Positions 1 to 15,600 of a stretch of DNA of 64,000 nt are shown here, piece by piece; position 1 is the first letter of the stretch; each line of letters opens with the position of its first letter. A model generated the notes under the pieces. The model was given only the letters and a program-made list of their open reading frames with translations. It did not search any database and was not told where the DNA came from. The DNA lies in the NCBI GenBank assembly GCA_943704425.1, contig CALSCP010001168.1, forward strand, positions 52,717 through 116,716. The letters run 5' to 3'. The translations under genes were made by a program, and so were the position numbers. Origin of the DNA: Ministeria vibrans ATCC 50519. Taxonomy: Eukaryota > Protista > Filasterea.

Positions 1-598
1 ACTTTGGTGAGCAGACCAATGATGCCAAAGGCAAATGAAAAGCGCATCGTATCATACGCCTGACCGTTTGCTAAAGACACGACGAACAACGACATACTGG
101 GTTAGACGAACATCTGCACTCGGCGAGCTCTTACCAGACAGATCGTACTGGGTGACATACAAACCAAAGCAGAGACTGTCATTAAGAATGGAGAAGAGCA
201 TGATCGCAAAATACTACATGTGATGGTATAGTTTTAGTCCATCTCACGACGTTCGTTTTGCAATTACCATGCCAACTGCGTCGGAGCTCTGACGGTCAGC
301 CAGTGCCCAGACACCCACAATGCACATGGAGAAGTTGACCATGAGGAATGATGCCCCGCCAATGGGGATGGAGGAGACAATCGCCCTACGATTCGGTTTT
401 AGGGAGTCACGTCGTCTGGCCGGTCGCCGTTGCGCTTACCAAGCCCAGCAGAAGAAGTGCCACATCACAATGACTTTCAGGGCAATGCGAGGAAGGCCGC
501 ATGTAACCTGCGTGCGTGCGTGTGGGTCAGGGGGGGAGCGCAGTTTGTTTCAGTTTGTTTACTGTGGTCGTCACGCCGGATTGATAGGTGTCAGCCAT
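1..598 (-). CDS. AGTRAP: AGTRAP-like small membrane protein (angiotensin II receptor-associated protein family); 3' end runs off the window
   Basis: Not in the ORF track. Manual splicing of GT-AG introns gives MADTYQSGVTTT|..LKVIVMWHFFCWAW|AIVSSIPIGGASFLMVNFSMCIVGVWALADRQSSDAVGM|YFAIMLFSILNDSLCFGLY..|AYDTMRFSFAFGIIGLLTK. This follows the AGTRAP pattern LKVI..HW..W / NF..LGVWA..RDS.DA..M / D / RF..G...LLLK. Confidence 0.7.
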
Positions 599-967
599 TG
601 GGAGCCTCGAGTGTTTGATATGGATTCCACACAGTCTGAAATGTACGAAAACGGAACTTGTGGCGCTCGAAGATTTTTTTGATTTAGGAATAAATGAAGT
701 CGAAAAGTTTACTCAAAAAGGAGAGAGAGAGAGAGAAATATTAATACACATATTACTTTTTAGTTTTTACTTTTTGATGATCACCGATTTTTCTTTCCTT
801 CATGAGGCGAACCAAGTCAGCCGCGGCTGCCGCGTCGTCGCCTTGTAAAGGAAAACAACACTCGTCAACTGCAGCTCGGAGCTCGGCGACACTGGGGGAC
901 ATTGAGGATTTGTGTTGTGATCTGCACAAAAAGTAAACGACACACAGTCAGAGAGAGAGAGAGAGAG

Positions 968-2453
968 ATGAAACCTCATTGTCGTCTTCTCAGACAGCAC
1001 GACGTCGAAAAGGTTCGCGCAGCACTTTTACCATGGTACGATGCGCACCGTCGACAGTTGCCGTGGCGCGATGAACTGCCGGACGACCTAAATGAGCGCG
1101 TAAAGCAATGTTGTGTTTTCGTGCACTCGCTCAGACCGTCTTTGTCGACTTCTCTAGGCCTATCACGTCTGGGTGAGCGAAATCATGTGTCAACAGACTC
1201 AAGTGGCCACTGTTGTGCCCTATTATCGGACGTGGACGAGCCGTTGGCCCACCATCGAGTCGCTGGCGAGCGCATCACTTGATGAGGTGAACGAGGTGTG
1301 GGCGGGCCTCGGGTACTATTCGCGAGCGCGTCGCTTGCACGAGGGTGCTCAAAAGATGCGAGGTCGACAGCTGCCGAACAGGGCCGTTGAACTGGAGAAG
1401 GAACTGCCGGGGGTGGGCCGGTATACGGCTGGCGCCATTGCCAGCACAGTGTTTGGTGAAGTGACGCCTGTTGTCGATGGCAATGTGGTGCGCGTACTGA
1501 GTCGCCTGGGGGCACTGGGCGCCACGTCGACGGACAAAGCCATGATTGATCGACTGTGGAAAACGGCGGGGGCGCTTGTGGATCCGTCGCGACCCGGTGA
1601 TTTTAATCAGGCACTGATGGAGCTGGGCGCTCGCGTGTGCACTCCCAAAAGTCCTTCGTGTGAATCGTGTCCTGTCGCCGAGCACTGTCTAGCACGGCGT
1701 GTTCACACACTGCACACGGCGTCACTCACTTGCGCACCTCAACAGTGTCAATGGTGTCTCCCATCCCAGGACGACAACGACACTGTGATGGCGTACCCGC
1801 GCAAGCCCGAGCGCAAGCCACCTACCCCCGAGTCATATGCTGTTCTCATCCTACGACGTACCTGTGCACCAACACCCGACAGCACGACACAACTGCTCAT
1901 GCGGCAACGACCGGCCAACAGTGGTCTGCTGGCGGGTCTGTGGGAGTTTCCCAATTGCGCCTGTGATGTTCAGGCGTCGCCCAATGCCCAACTGATTGCC
2001 CTTCGTGACCATCTCACACACCCATCGCTCACGACCGTCCTTCCCCAACTGTGCCCTACGCTTTCTATCCAGCGACTTGCCTTGCTCACAGTGCAGTCGC
2101 TGCCTACGCCCGTCGAGCATGTCTTCTCGCACCGCCACCACACGTACCACATCAACGTGCACACACTGCCGGAGCCCATTATGGACGACGACGAGGAGAA
2201 GGAGGAGGAGGAAGGCGGCCTGGCACCCGTTACGACGGCCGTGGTCGATGAAGACATTCCAAATGGAGCGTGCAAATGGGAGTGGGTTGACGAGACGCGT
2301 GTGGGTGCGCTGGGCATCAGCACGGCTATGAAGAAGGTTTTCGGTGCCCTTTCGGCCAAACCGGTTAAAGAGGGAACGCGTAGGAAGCGCAAGAGCACAG
2401 ACACACCGTCGTCGGCCCAGCAGCCCACACTGAAGCGCTTCTTCACGCAGTAA
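968..2453 (+). CDS. MUTYH: A/G-specific adenine DNA glycosylase (MutY homolog), 2 exons
   Basis: WYDAHRRQLPWR and AYHVWVSEIMCQQTQV after intron ~1100-1157; HhH LPGVGRYTAGAIAS and VVDGNVVRV; 4Fe-4S motif CTPKSPSCESCPVAEHC; Zn-linchpin-like CAPQQCQWC; NUDIX-like GLLAGLWEFP; C-terminal PIP box QPTLKRFF. Confidence 0.96.
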
Positions 2454-2526
2454 TATATGTCACATGTAGTAAAATTATGTATAAAAACAAAATATGACTG
2501 TAATAATAGAGAGTGGAGAAAGCGAG

Positions 2527-3296
2527 CTAGACAGAGACGAGAGAGTGAGTTGGAGTGAAGAGCAGATCGGAGGGTTTGAGAGGAGCAACCGACTGTGTGG
2601 AGAGGTTGGCAAACACTTCAAGATCACGCAGAAGACGCGAGGGAGTGGACGCAGCGGTGAAAGGAGGTAAGTCTAGAAGGTCGGGAGTGCGAGAGTAAGA
2701 AGTAATTGAGGAAAATGAGTTTATCGCGCGTGGTTCACATGTAGCGGACTATAGTATATGTGCGTGTACCAGTGAGTAGTCGTGGGGTGTGTGGCTTCTT
2801 TGAGGGTCCCTTCTTGGCTGCGACGCCCTTGGCTGACGTTTTTGTCGCCAGGGTCTTCAGTTTCTTTTTCGGTTGCGGCTCTTCTTCGTCGCTGTCGCTC
2901 TCTTCAGACGACGTCACCACTGCACGTTGGCGTTTCTTTGTTGGCACAGTCTGTTTCTTCCCCTTTGCTGGAGCACGGTTGGTAATTTCATCATCATCCG
3001 AGGAGGAGGACGACGCCGACGACGAGCTCTCGACGGGCACTTTCCTCCCTGTCGCATTCTTTCTTTTTGTCGTCTTCGTCGTCGTCTTCGTCGTCGCTGG
3101 TGCACTCTTCTTCGTCTTCTGGGCGGCCTTGAGCTTACGTGCCAACTCTTCGGGTGTCAAACGGTACGGGTGTTTCGACTTGGTGACAGACGTTGCCGCC
3201 GCCAGCGTCTTGCCTTTCTTGTACGGATGCGTCGATGGAGCTGATGCCTTCTTGCCCACCTTAGGCTTGGTCTTCCTGCTGATATCATCATCATCG

Positions 3297-3337
<41 letters not shown>

Positions 3338-4042
3338 GTCGTCGTCGTCGTCTTCAGATGACGACGAAATCGACACAGCGACCGCCTTGCGCTTGACTCG
3401 AGGTTCTTGTTTCACCTGCACAACTCGTTTCTTCTTGGTCGCCACTCTCTTGGTCGCACCATCCTCCTCCGAATCGCTCTCGTCCACCGCCCGAGCCCGC
3501 TGCTCAACGTGTTTGTCTGACGCCTTGCCTGCCGCCTTACTTGACGCCTTGTCGACCTTTGTTGATGTCTAAGGGAAGTCGACCGTTAAATTTCCTTTGT
3601 ATTTTTTTTTTTTTGTTTGAATTTTGACAGTTTCAGCGGTTTCACTTCAAATTGATGTGGATACCTTGCCAAGGACTGTGGTTGACTCGATGGGAGCGGG
3701 TGCACAGGTGAAGCTGGACAGATCGGAGGGGGACACTTCGTCTTTGGCGCGCTTGACGATCCAGGCGGACTTGAACGCGACGACGGAGGGCCCTTTGGGG
3801 TTTGCTGCCAGCGCGTCCTGCACTTCGCTGTAGTCGTCGGCAAAGAACCACAGGATGCTGGGATGCGTGAACTTCTCGGAGACCTGGCCGCCGCCTTTCA
3901 CTGCACAGACGCGTCAGTGTGGTGTGTCAGCAACGCGCGCGCTTTTCGCTTTTTTATTTATTGTTTGAAACACACCCCAAGCCTTTTTGGCGGCCGTCGG
4001 AACTCCAGGAGCAAACCACGCAAAGCCCTTGAATGTACTCAT
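2527..4042 (-). CDS. Protein with N-terminal BRCT-fold, TERB2-like domain and a long Lys/Asp/Ser-rich disordered tail (4 exons)
   Basis: Exons ~4042-3976, 3900-3665, 3568-2770 and 2672-2527 splice via GT-AG to MSTFKGFAWFAPGVPTAAKKAWVKGGGQVSEKFTHPSILWFFADD...VAFKSAWIVKRAK..DLSSFTCAP, then poly-D and K-rich region, ending TDLPPFTAASTPSRLLRDLEVFANL... Confidence 0.6.
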
Positions 4043-4148
4043 CGTGTTTCCAAAGACTTAAACTTGATTGTATTTTGTCAAATTTGTAAATTCCGAAATG
4101 TTTTATTCAATCAACCTTTGTTTCTTTCTTACAATCAAATTCTACAAA

Positions 4149-4388
4149 ATGGCCAACGAATCCGACAAACCCGAAGCTTCTGCCGACTCTCCAGCTACCG
4201 AGCCTCAACTACGCGATGATATAATTGTCACAGCCATCAAATTTTTAACAAACCCCCAAGTAAGTTCGATGGTCCTTCTCCCTCATTCTCACCCCCTCTC
4301 TCTTCCACACACACTCACACACACTCACATACACACATACACACACTCACACACATACATACATACACACATACACACGCATACATAT

Positions 4389-4426
<38 letters not shown>

Positions 4427-5763
4427 TTGTTCTCTCCTTTGTTCTCTCTTTTGTCCTCTCTCTCGCTCTCGCTCTCTCTTGATTCTTTCCCCCTCTTCTT
4501 TTCAATAACAGGTACAAGGAACATCTCGTGATCGCAAGGAGGCATTCTTACGCGAAAAGGGGCTGAATACGGCGGAAATCACGGCGGCGTTTCAACGCGC
4601 GGCGCTCAGCCCAACTCCCTCTCTGTCCACTGTTGCGCCGACGACCCCGCCCACTGCAACCTGGGCGGACTGGCTCAAGACGGCAGCCATGGCAAGCACA
4701 ACTGCCTACGTAGCGTCGTCGGCCTTTCGCGAGTATGTGTTGCCTTTGATGCAGGAAGAACGTGAGCCAGAACCAGATGCAACCTCTCAACATCTTCAGG
4801 TGTGCTTCTCTCTCGCCCAGACGCCTTTTTTGTCTTTGTTATTGGTTTCGCTTCATCTTTCCACACACACACACACTCTCTCTCTCTATCACTTTGTTTC
4901 TTTCTCCTCTCTCCCTCTCTATATTTATATCTACGTTGTTTCTCCTCCCCCCCCCCCTTTATCACTTTATCACTGCGTTTCTTTCTACTCCTATCGGACT
5001 CTTTCTCAATCGTTTTCCTTTGGTTGTTTTTGCCAATCCTCTGATAGAGACTCCACGAGCGTGTGAGCAGCCTTGAAGAGTCGCTTGAGCAGTTGCGTGA
5101 GCAAGGCGATAACATTCAGGCTGCTTTGAGCTCTGTCAAGGATCTTCTCACCGCATCGCAGCGTCGTGCAGCTGACGAAAGTGAAGATACCTCCGTGTCT
5201 CTGATGCGGCAGTTGAGTCTGATCAAAAGTGATCACCAAAGAGTAATACACTTTGACAACAAAACACATACACACAACCCATACATACATACTCACACAC
5301 ACACACATATATATACATATATTTATATAATATTATACCCAAAAATGTGCATTGCGCTGAACCTTTCGTGTCGTTTTAGGGCATTTCCGAACTCAAAATG
5401 GACGTTCGGTCGGAGTTGCAGAGCGTAAAAAGTCTCCTTCTCAACCGACGTCAATTTCCCCCAGCACCCACTAGCGCAGCGTCCAGCACAGGCGTCAGCA
5501 CGAGCACACCCTTGGCTGCCACGACTACCTCATTGTCGCCGTCGCCATCGCCGTCTCAAACTTCTTCTTCGTCGTCGTCGTCGGTGCCGGTGCCCGTGGT
5601 GACTCCCACTGCGACGCAGCTGCCGGCGTGGCAGGCGGCCCTTGCGCGCCCAAAGGCGTCGCCAGTCATTCCGCCTGACGAGGAGAGTACACAAGAGCGA
5701 GAGGAAAACACAGGCGCCAGTGCGACAAAGACGACAGACGATTCTCCAACTGCGATGGAATAA
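4149..5763 (+). CDS. PEX14: Peroxisomal membrane docking protein Pex14
   Basis: N-terminal Pex14 domain LRDDIIVTAIKFLTNPQ|VQGTSRDRKEAFLREKGLNTAEITAAF; W.DWL hydrophobic stretch; coiled coil ending ELQSVKSLLLNRRQFP; LPAWQ motif. Confidence 0.92.
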
Positions 5764-5825
5764 TATTGTACAAATAAGGCATGGTGTAATTCGTATCTCT
5801 CTTCCTTCCTTCTTTCTTTCGATAT

Positions 5826-8205
5826 CTACACGTTTGACGCGGTGCTCTCGCTGGCAGACTGTGTGACGAGTCGTTGCGCCACCGTATGCGTAAGGGGAAA
5901 CTCGTCGAAGCGCTGCTCAAGGAAGGCGTGCGGGTGAAGATGGATAAAGTCGATGGTTAGGTCGCAAAGAGAGCGGTGGGGCGAGCGGAATGGACGGCGA
6001 TAGAGCGAGTCAAGTGTGGACACAAAGAGCGCGTCGGGTGAGCACACGAGTCCAGTGATGCGCGACGGTCGACGTCCCGCCACGACAGTACGCAGTGGCC
6101 ATCTTTCAAGAGAGTGCTGAGGTTCCAGATCGAATCCCATGTCGGCCGTGCCGTCGTTGGTGTCGTCGTGAGATCGTGTCGCGCCCTCCTCACGCCACAT
6201 ATACACCGTGTGCTTGGTGTCGGCGAAGAAGAGCGTGCGCGGGCACCACGCCGCAAAAGCAATGGCCAGAAAGCGCGCAGGCAACTCCCTGTCCCGCACG
6301 CTGGCCACCACTGCCCCTGACTCCGCGTCCCACACAACCACAGAGGCATCCCGAGTGTGATCGCACGAGGTCGCCACGCGACTTCCCGTGCAGTTCCATG
6401 TGCAGTATTGCGACGAGCCGCGCACACGGGGCGCTTCGTCGTCGTCGCCATGGTGGCGGGCGTGTCCACGTGCTGCTATCACAACGAGAGGTGGATTAAG
6501 CACTCGAATGGGACTAAACTCGATCGTGTGATGCCCGTTGTCTTGGTGAACGACGGAAAATGGCACAAGGAACGCCTCAGAACAGTCGGCGGCGACACAC
6601 AGGACATTGTCGACGGGTGAGACGCGCACGTCGTTGCAGGGGGCGCGAAAGCCCGCCACGACACCGAGACGCTGCAGTGAGGGAACTGACAATGCATAGA
6701 CACACGAATCATTGCTCGCCACAAACGCGACGGGCACTTTGCGGTCGTCGCCAACCATGACAATAGTAACGCTGTTGGCCAATTCACGACTGAGAAGGGC
6801 CACAACTCGCGTCTCAACACCTGAAAGGTCGTCACAAGTAACGGCACCGTTGGAGTGGGCGCATACAAGATAGCGTTGATGAATGGCATACCCCAGAGGT
6901 ACCCCCGGCAGTCGTACGTCCGTGATGGGAGTTTCTTGACGCGAGAAAAAGTCAAGGCGCGAGATGTGTCGCGCAACGGACGCATGAAGATTCGAGTCCG
7001 AGTCAAGTACTAGAGCATTGGCGCACTGGTAATGGCCAGTCTTCGTGGGCTGTTGCCACTGTACGGGTGCACCCATTCGAAAGAGGCTCACGTCGGGTGT
7101 GTTGTCGACGGGATCAAAAGCGACTGGCTCTTCAAAAGCCAATGTCTGTTCGCGCGCATTTCGCTGTTGTGACGAGGCGATCATTAGACGAATCATCGCC
7201 CTAACTTGCTCATCCGATGGTCGTTCAGCCGGGTTTTCCTGGAGTTGCGCGTTGTTAAGAAGCCAAATCTCAATCACTTTTCTGTCTACCTCGTCGCCTT
7301 CGTCCACATCCGTCCACTCGTCACCGTCGTCGCTTCCTTCACTGTGTTCAATGTCAATCTCGGCCTCATCGTCTTCATCTTCATCATCTTCTTCGTCATC
7401 ATCATCATCGTCGTCATCATCATGATCATCATCGTCGTCGTCGTCGTCATCGTCGGAATCTTCGATAAACATAGCGTCGGGGTGCACCCATTGGCCAGGA
7501 TCATTCAGACCAATGGCGTCCCCAGCGGCAGGCCGCTCGTTACGGTCGCGCAGTTGGTAGAGCCGCTCGCCGTCGGCGCGTGTGAGCACAAACGCATTTC
7601 CAGTCGGCTCAAAGTTGTCAAATGCGTTTGGAGGAAGTGGAACGTTCGTACTGATGTGGTCAGAGAGCACTCTACAGAAAAAGATACAAAAAAGAAAAAA
7701 AATTAATGCACAAATGGACAAAAGACAAGAGTTACGCGTCGGGAAGTTCATATGTCCGATCAAGCTGCACTAGGGTGGGGATCAACGTAAACGCATTGTG
7801 ACGGTAGTTGCTGTACGTCTGGACGGGACAGTGGCGACAAGAGAGCACGATGAGCGGCGTGCGAGCGGAGTGAAGTGGACGCAAAGTATGAATAGGATTG
7901 CGATCAAGAAGAAGAATTTTCAGGCTTCTGCACTGCTGCCCAATCGCCTGCAGACGATCATCGTCAACGCCACAGTTCTGCAGGCCAAGGCGCTGGAGGT
8001 GAGCCCAGCTGGGCCAGCTGAATTCGCGGCGCAGGTTCACAATGTCGACGAGAAAGATGCCCCGGAGCATGTCCATGTCGCTTGCCTCGCGCAGCGACGT
8101 GTGCGCGGCCGCGTCGTCTTCGCAGTCGCGGATGAGCAGGTCGGATATGCCGACTCTGTTGATCAGGGGGCCCTTGACTTCTGCGAGGGCCTCAGAGATG
8201 AACAT
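5826..8205 (-). CDS. LRR + acidic tract + WD40 beta-propeller protein with possible C-terminal BC/SOCS-box-like motif
   Basis: ORF 7732-8205 (LQRLGLQNCGV, LKILLLDRNPI, LIPTLVQLD: LRR plus cap) splices through intron ~7674-7737 into ORF 5826-7763 (poly-D/E; WD-like NDVRVSP, CTWNCTGSRVATSCD, VVVWD). Start codon uncertain. Confidence 0.65.
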
Positions 8206-8453
8206 GATGAGGTAAGAGGTTGCGCAATAAATATGTGCTAATTAAAGTCTAATCACTCGAAGGCACTTGGGACAAAAGTTGTTAAAAAAAACTGATCACT
8301 GACCCCCGACGTCTGACTGAGATCCCTATTATTTTCTTGAAATGAGTGAGTTGAGAGTGATGAAATGAGCGAACCAAAGACTTAAGACTAAACTGTGAGG
8401 AGACCTCCCGGAGAAGCTGGTGGATGCAAGATATTATAGTACTATTGTATACA

Positions 8454-10283
<1,830 letters not shown>

Positions 10284-10317
10284 TTGAAATAAAGTGATAT
10301 TATTTTTATTATTCAAG

Positions 10318-12390
<2,073 letters not shown>

Positions 12391-12652
12391 TTTCTTTCGC
12401 CGTACTTTTCCTTTTTTGTGTGTGACTGAATGTGTGACAGAATAAAAAAATTTGGTAGAGTCTTTTTTATATCATACAGAATAATAGTACATGGTCGTGT
12501 TCGGTAGCGGTGAAGGCGTATCGGCGCGCCGTGCTCCAAACCGAGTGCGTTGTTGCGGCTCACCCAGGGCAGACACGACAACACACGACACGCGAGCACA
12601 GTCTGCAAGGATTCAATGTCAGATATTTTACACTAGTTTTTTTTTTTTTTGA

Positions 12653-15600
12653 TCAACCTTTTAATTGTGCCTCGGCGTCCTTTCCGAACTTGTCGTAGAT
12701 TTGCGCCCAAGAGCAACCGAGTGGTGACTCACGCAGGTGTGCAAGAACAGGAGACTCAGTAGGGTCGGGAGTAGTGGTGGTATCTGTGATTGTTTCCAGG
12801 TGTGCTGAGAGCAGAGTGGACCGTGCGAGGGCGGCGGGTGCCGGCTCGCCGGTGGAATCGCGCCAATGCCACGCAATACGCGAGAGCACACCGTCTTCGT
12901 GGGAAAGATCACGCAGAAGCGGTAGGTGCTCGGGCGTCGCTAAGACGGAGTAGCTCGCATGCGAGAGAAAGCGGTGAACGCAAAAGGCACCGGTGCCCAG
13001 CTGCCGAGCAACTATGTCGGCACCACACTCACGCGTGCGACAGTCGCACGCCGTCTGTCCGTCGCTACAAATGTGCCCCATCAGCCGCTCACGCTGCAAA
13101 TGGTGCTCTTGCAGCGTTGAAATTGTCGGCGGATAGCCCCAGCCCTACAAACCAACGCAAACGTCAAAACCACACGGTTTCGTTTGAATATAGGAGGTAC
13201 CTCGGGTAAAAAAGCAAATGTAAAACCGGCATCATATAGACGCTGTGGAGTAGTATTGGGTGTCAAGTCGGCAACAGTGACTCGACCTTGCGCGGCCGAG
13301 CGAATTCCTGCCAGCAGAATGCGCTGGGGAGTCTCGTCGGCCGTCTGGAGGAAGGTCGGAGTGCGCGCACAGGCTCGTTCCAGCAACCGCCAGTACGCGT
13401 GCATGCTCTTTACCTCGTCAATGTCAAACTCCTGCAAAACCACCCGCTCGTTGTCTACACGTACAAAGACAGTCATAAAACGAAGGCTCTACATCACACA
13501 CATACCACGCGTTAACGTCAGCAAAGGTCGGGGCACGAGAGAGTACACCGTGTGCGACCACTCTTCGCTTCCACACGGCGGCAGGGCGTCCCCTCCATCA
13601 ATGCGGATGAGTCCCAACACAAGCATTAGTCGCATGAGTCGGTCCATCCCCTCAAATACACCACGTCTCTTGCGGTCCCCGTGCGCCTGTCCAACACAGT
13701 ACCCAAACGTCTCGTCTGCCATCATCCGGACAGTCTGCAAAATCGTCGCGGGCTCTTCAAGTTTATCAACGCACATCTAATAAAAAGGGGAGAAAGAAAA
13801 AACAAAATGATAATATAAGAAAAACGGGAGAAAAAACACAGTGATAGAAAGACATAGAGAGAGAGCGAAGGCAGAGAAAAAAAGGCATAGAGTGAGAAAG
13901 GAGAGAAAAAAAAGTCATAAAGTGAGAAGGGAGAAAAAAAGAGTAATAGAGAGAACCAGAAAGTGTAAAGAACGAAACTGTACCATTTGGTAGAGAGCAT
14001 CGTGAAAGAACTGCGCGCCAACCATGATCGTCTCGGGCGGACGAATAGGACGACGGCGGAAAAGCTTTTCGTATAGACGGCAGTATTCAATGCGACCGTC
14101 GGAGCCGACATAGCGTACGGGGTCTACCGACCACTGGCGCAGCAGAGGCGTCGTCTTGGGGCCGCGGTAGGTTGCCGACAAATTCAAGTTGTCGCCCCAA
14201 AGCGCCTCTTTGCGGCGTTTCTGCGCTCGTACCTGTGACGCGCGCGAAATCTCTCCGGTGGTCATGGGTCGCGTGCGTTGTCGCTTGACTGACGACAATG
14301 ATGATGATGACCGTGCCACACCGCTGGACTTGCGCCGCGTCCCCGCATCCTTGCTTGCTCTCTTCCCCTTCCGTTTGTCTTCATCATCGGTGCCATCATA
14401 GAAGTCTCCGCTATCGTCCTCTCTGTTTCTCTCGCCACCATATTCACCGTCGTCGTCGTCGTCGTCGTCTTCTTCTTCTTCTTCATCTTCCCCTATCGAT
14501 TCGTTCGAGTCCATCAACTCCTCGTCGTCCATCTCTTCGTCACTCGCGTTCGCCTGAAACGACATGTCCGTTCCGCGTCGTTGCTTCTTCCGTCGCGGTT
14601 GCTCCATCTCGTCCTCGTCGTCCTCCTCATCGCTCTGTCCGTCCAAACAGAGTGACACGTGCTCCAAACGTGCACTGTTCGTCATTCGGTTAAGTTTCCG
14701 ACTGCACACGGGACACACACAGTCGACGGAGACACGCGGAGCTGGCAACAAGGACGACTTGCGTCGTTCTCGCGGCCCCTCCAAAATCGCACTGGCAGCA
14801 CCCCGTTCTGCCTCTTCGACCTTGACGCGCTTCTGAGCCAACATTACATCACCTTCCGCCGCGCGTCGAGCCTTGGCCTCCTCGCGCCGTTTCTTGCTTG
14901 CTTCGCGCCGTTTCTGCTCCGCCTCCAGTCGATCCTGCTCCAGCTTCCGTTCCGCCTCCACAAACAGATCTGCCTCATCAACACCCGCACGCTGTGCTGC
15001 AGCCACCAGACGCTGTCGCACCTCCATCGACGCATGTGATGGCCGCCCGATGGTCTTCCCGCCCAGCTGCACCAGCTTTTCCGCCGCCTCACGCAGCGTG
15101 TCCTCCTCCAGTGCTCGGTACACCTTGAGAAAAAGAAGAAAAAACAAAATTAATAATATTATTAATTGAATTACTTTATATAACTAATGGGTGTTGTACA
15201 TCAGACAACACCGGGCATGTGCTGAGGTGCTGAGCGTGCAACTTACATCAAAGAAAAACTCTGGCATGTGTGCAAGAGCAGAAAGACCACCCGCTACGCC
15301 ACCAGCTTCGACACGAGCAGTCTGCTTCTCCATCCTCTCCCTTTTCCGCTGCGCCACAGTGTCCTCATCGTCAAACATGTGCTCAGCCTCCACCCCCTCC
15401 GCCCTTGCCGCCCGTCCAACGTCCTCCCGCACTCGCACCACTCCCACCGACGGCCGTCCCCGCACTTTCCCTCCACTCTTTACCAACTGCAGAGCAATCT
15501 CACGCAGACTATCCAACTCCCATGACTCATACACCTACACACAACGCAAAGAATGAACGTCCTCACTCAACCTTGTTGAGAAAAAAACAAAACAAAACAA

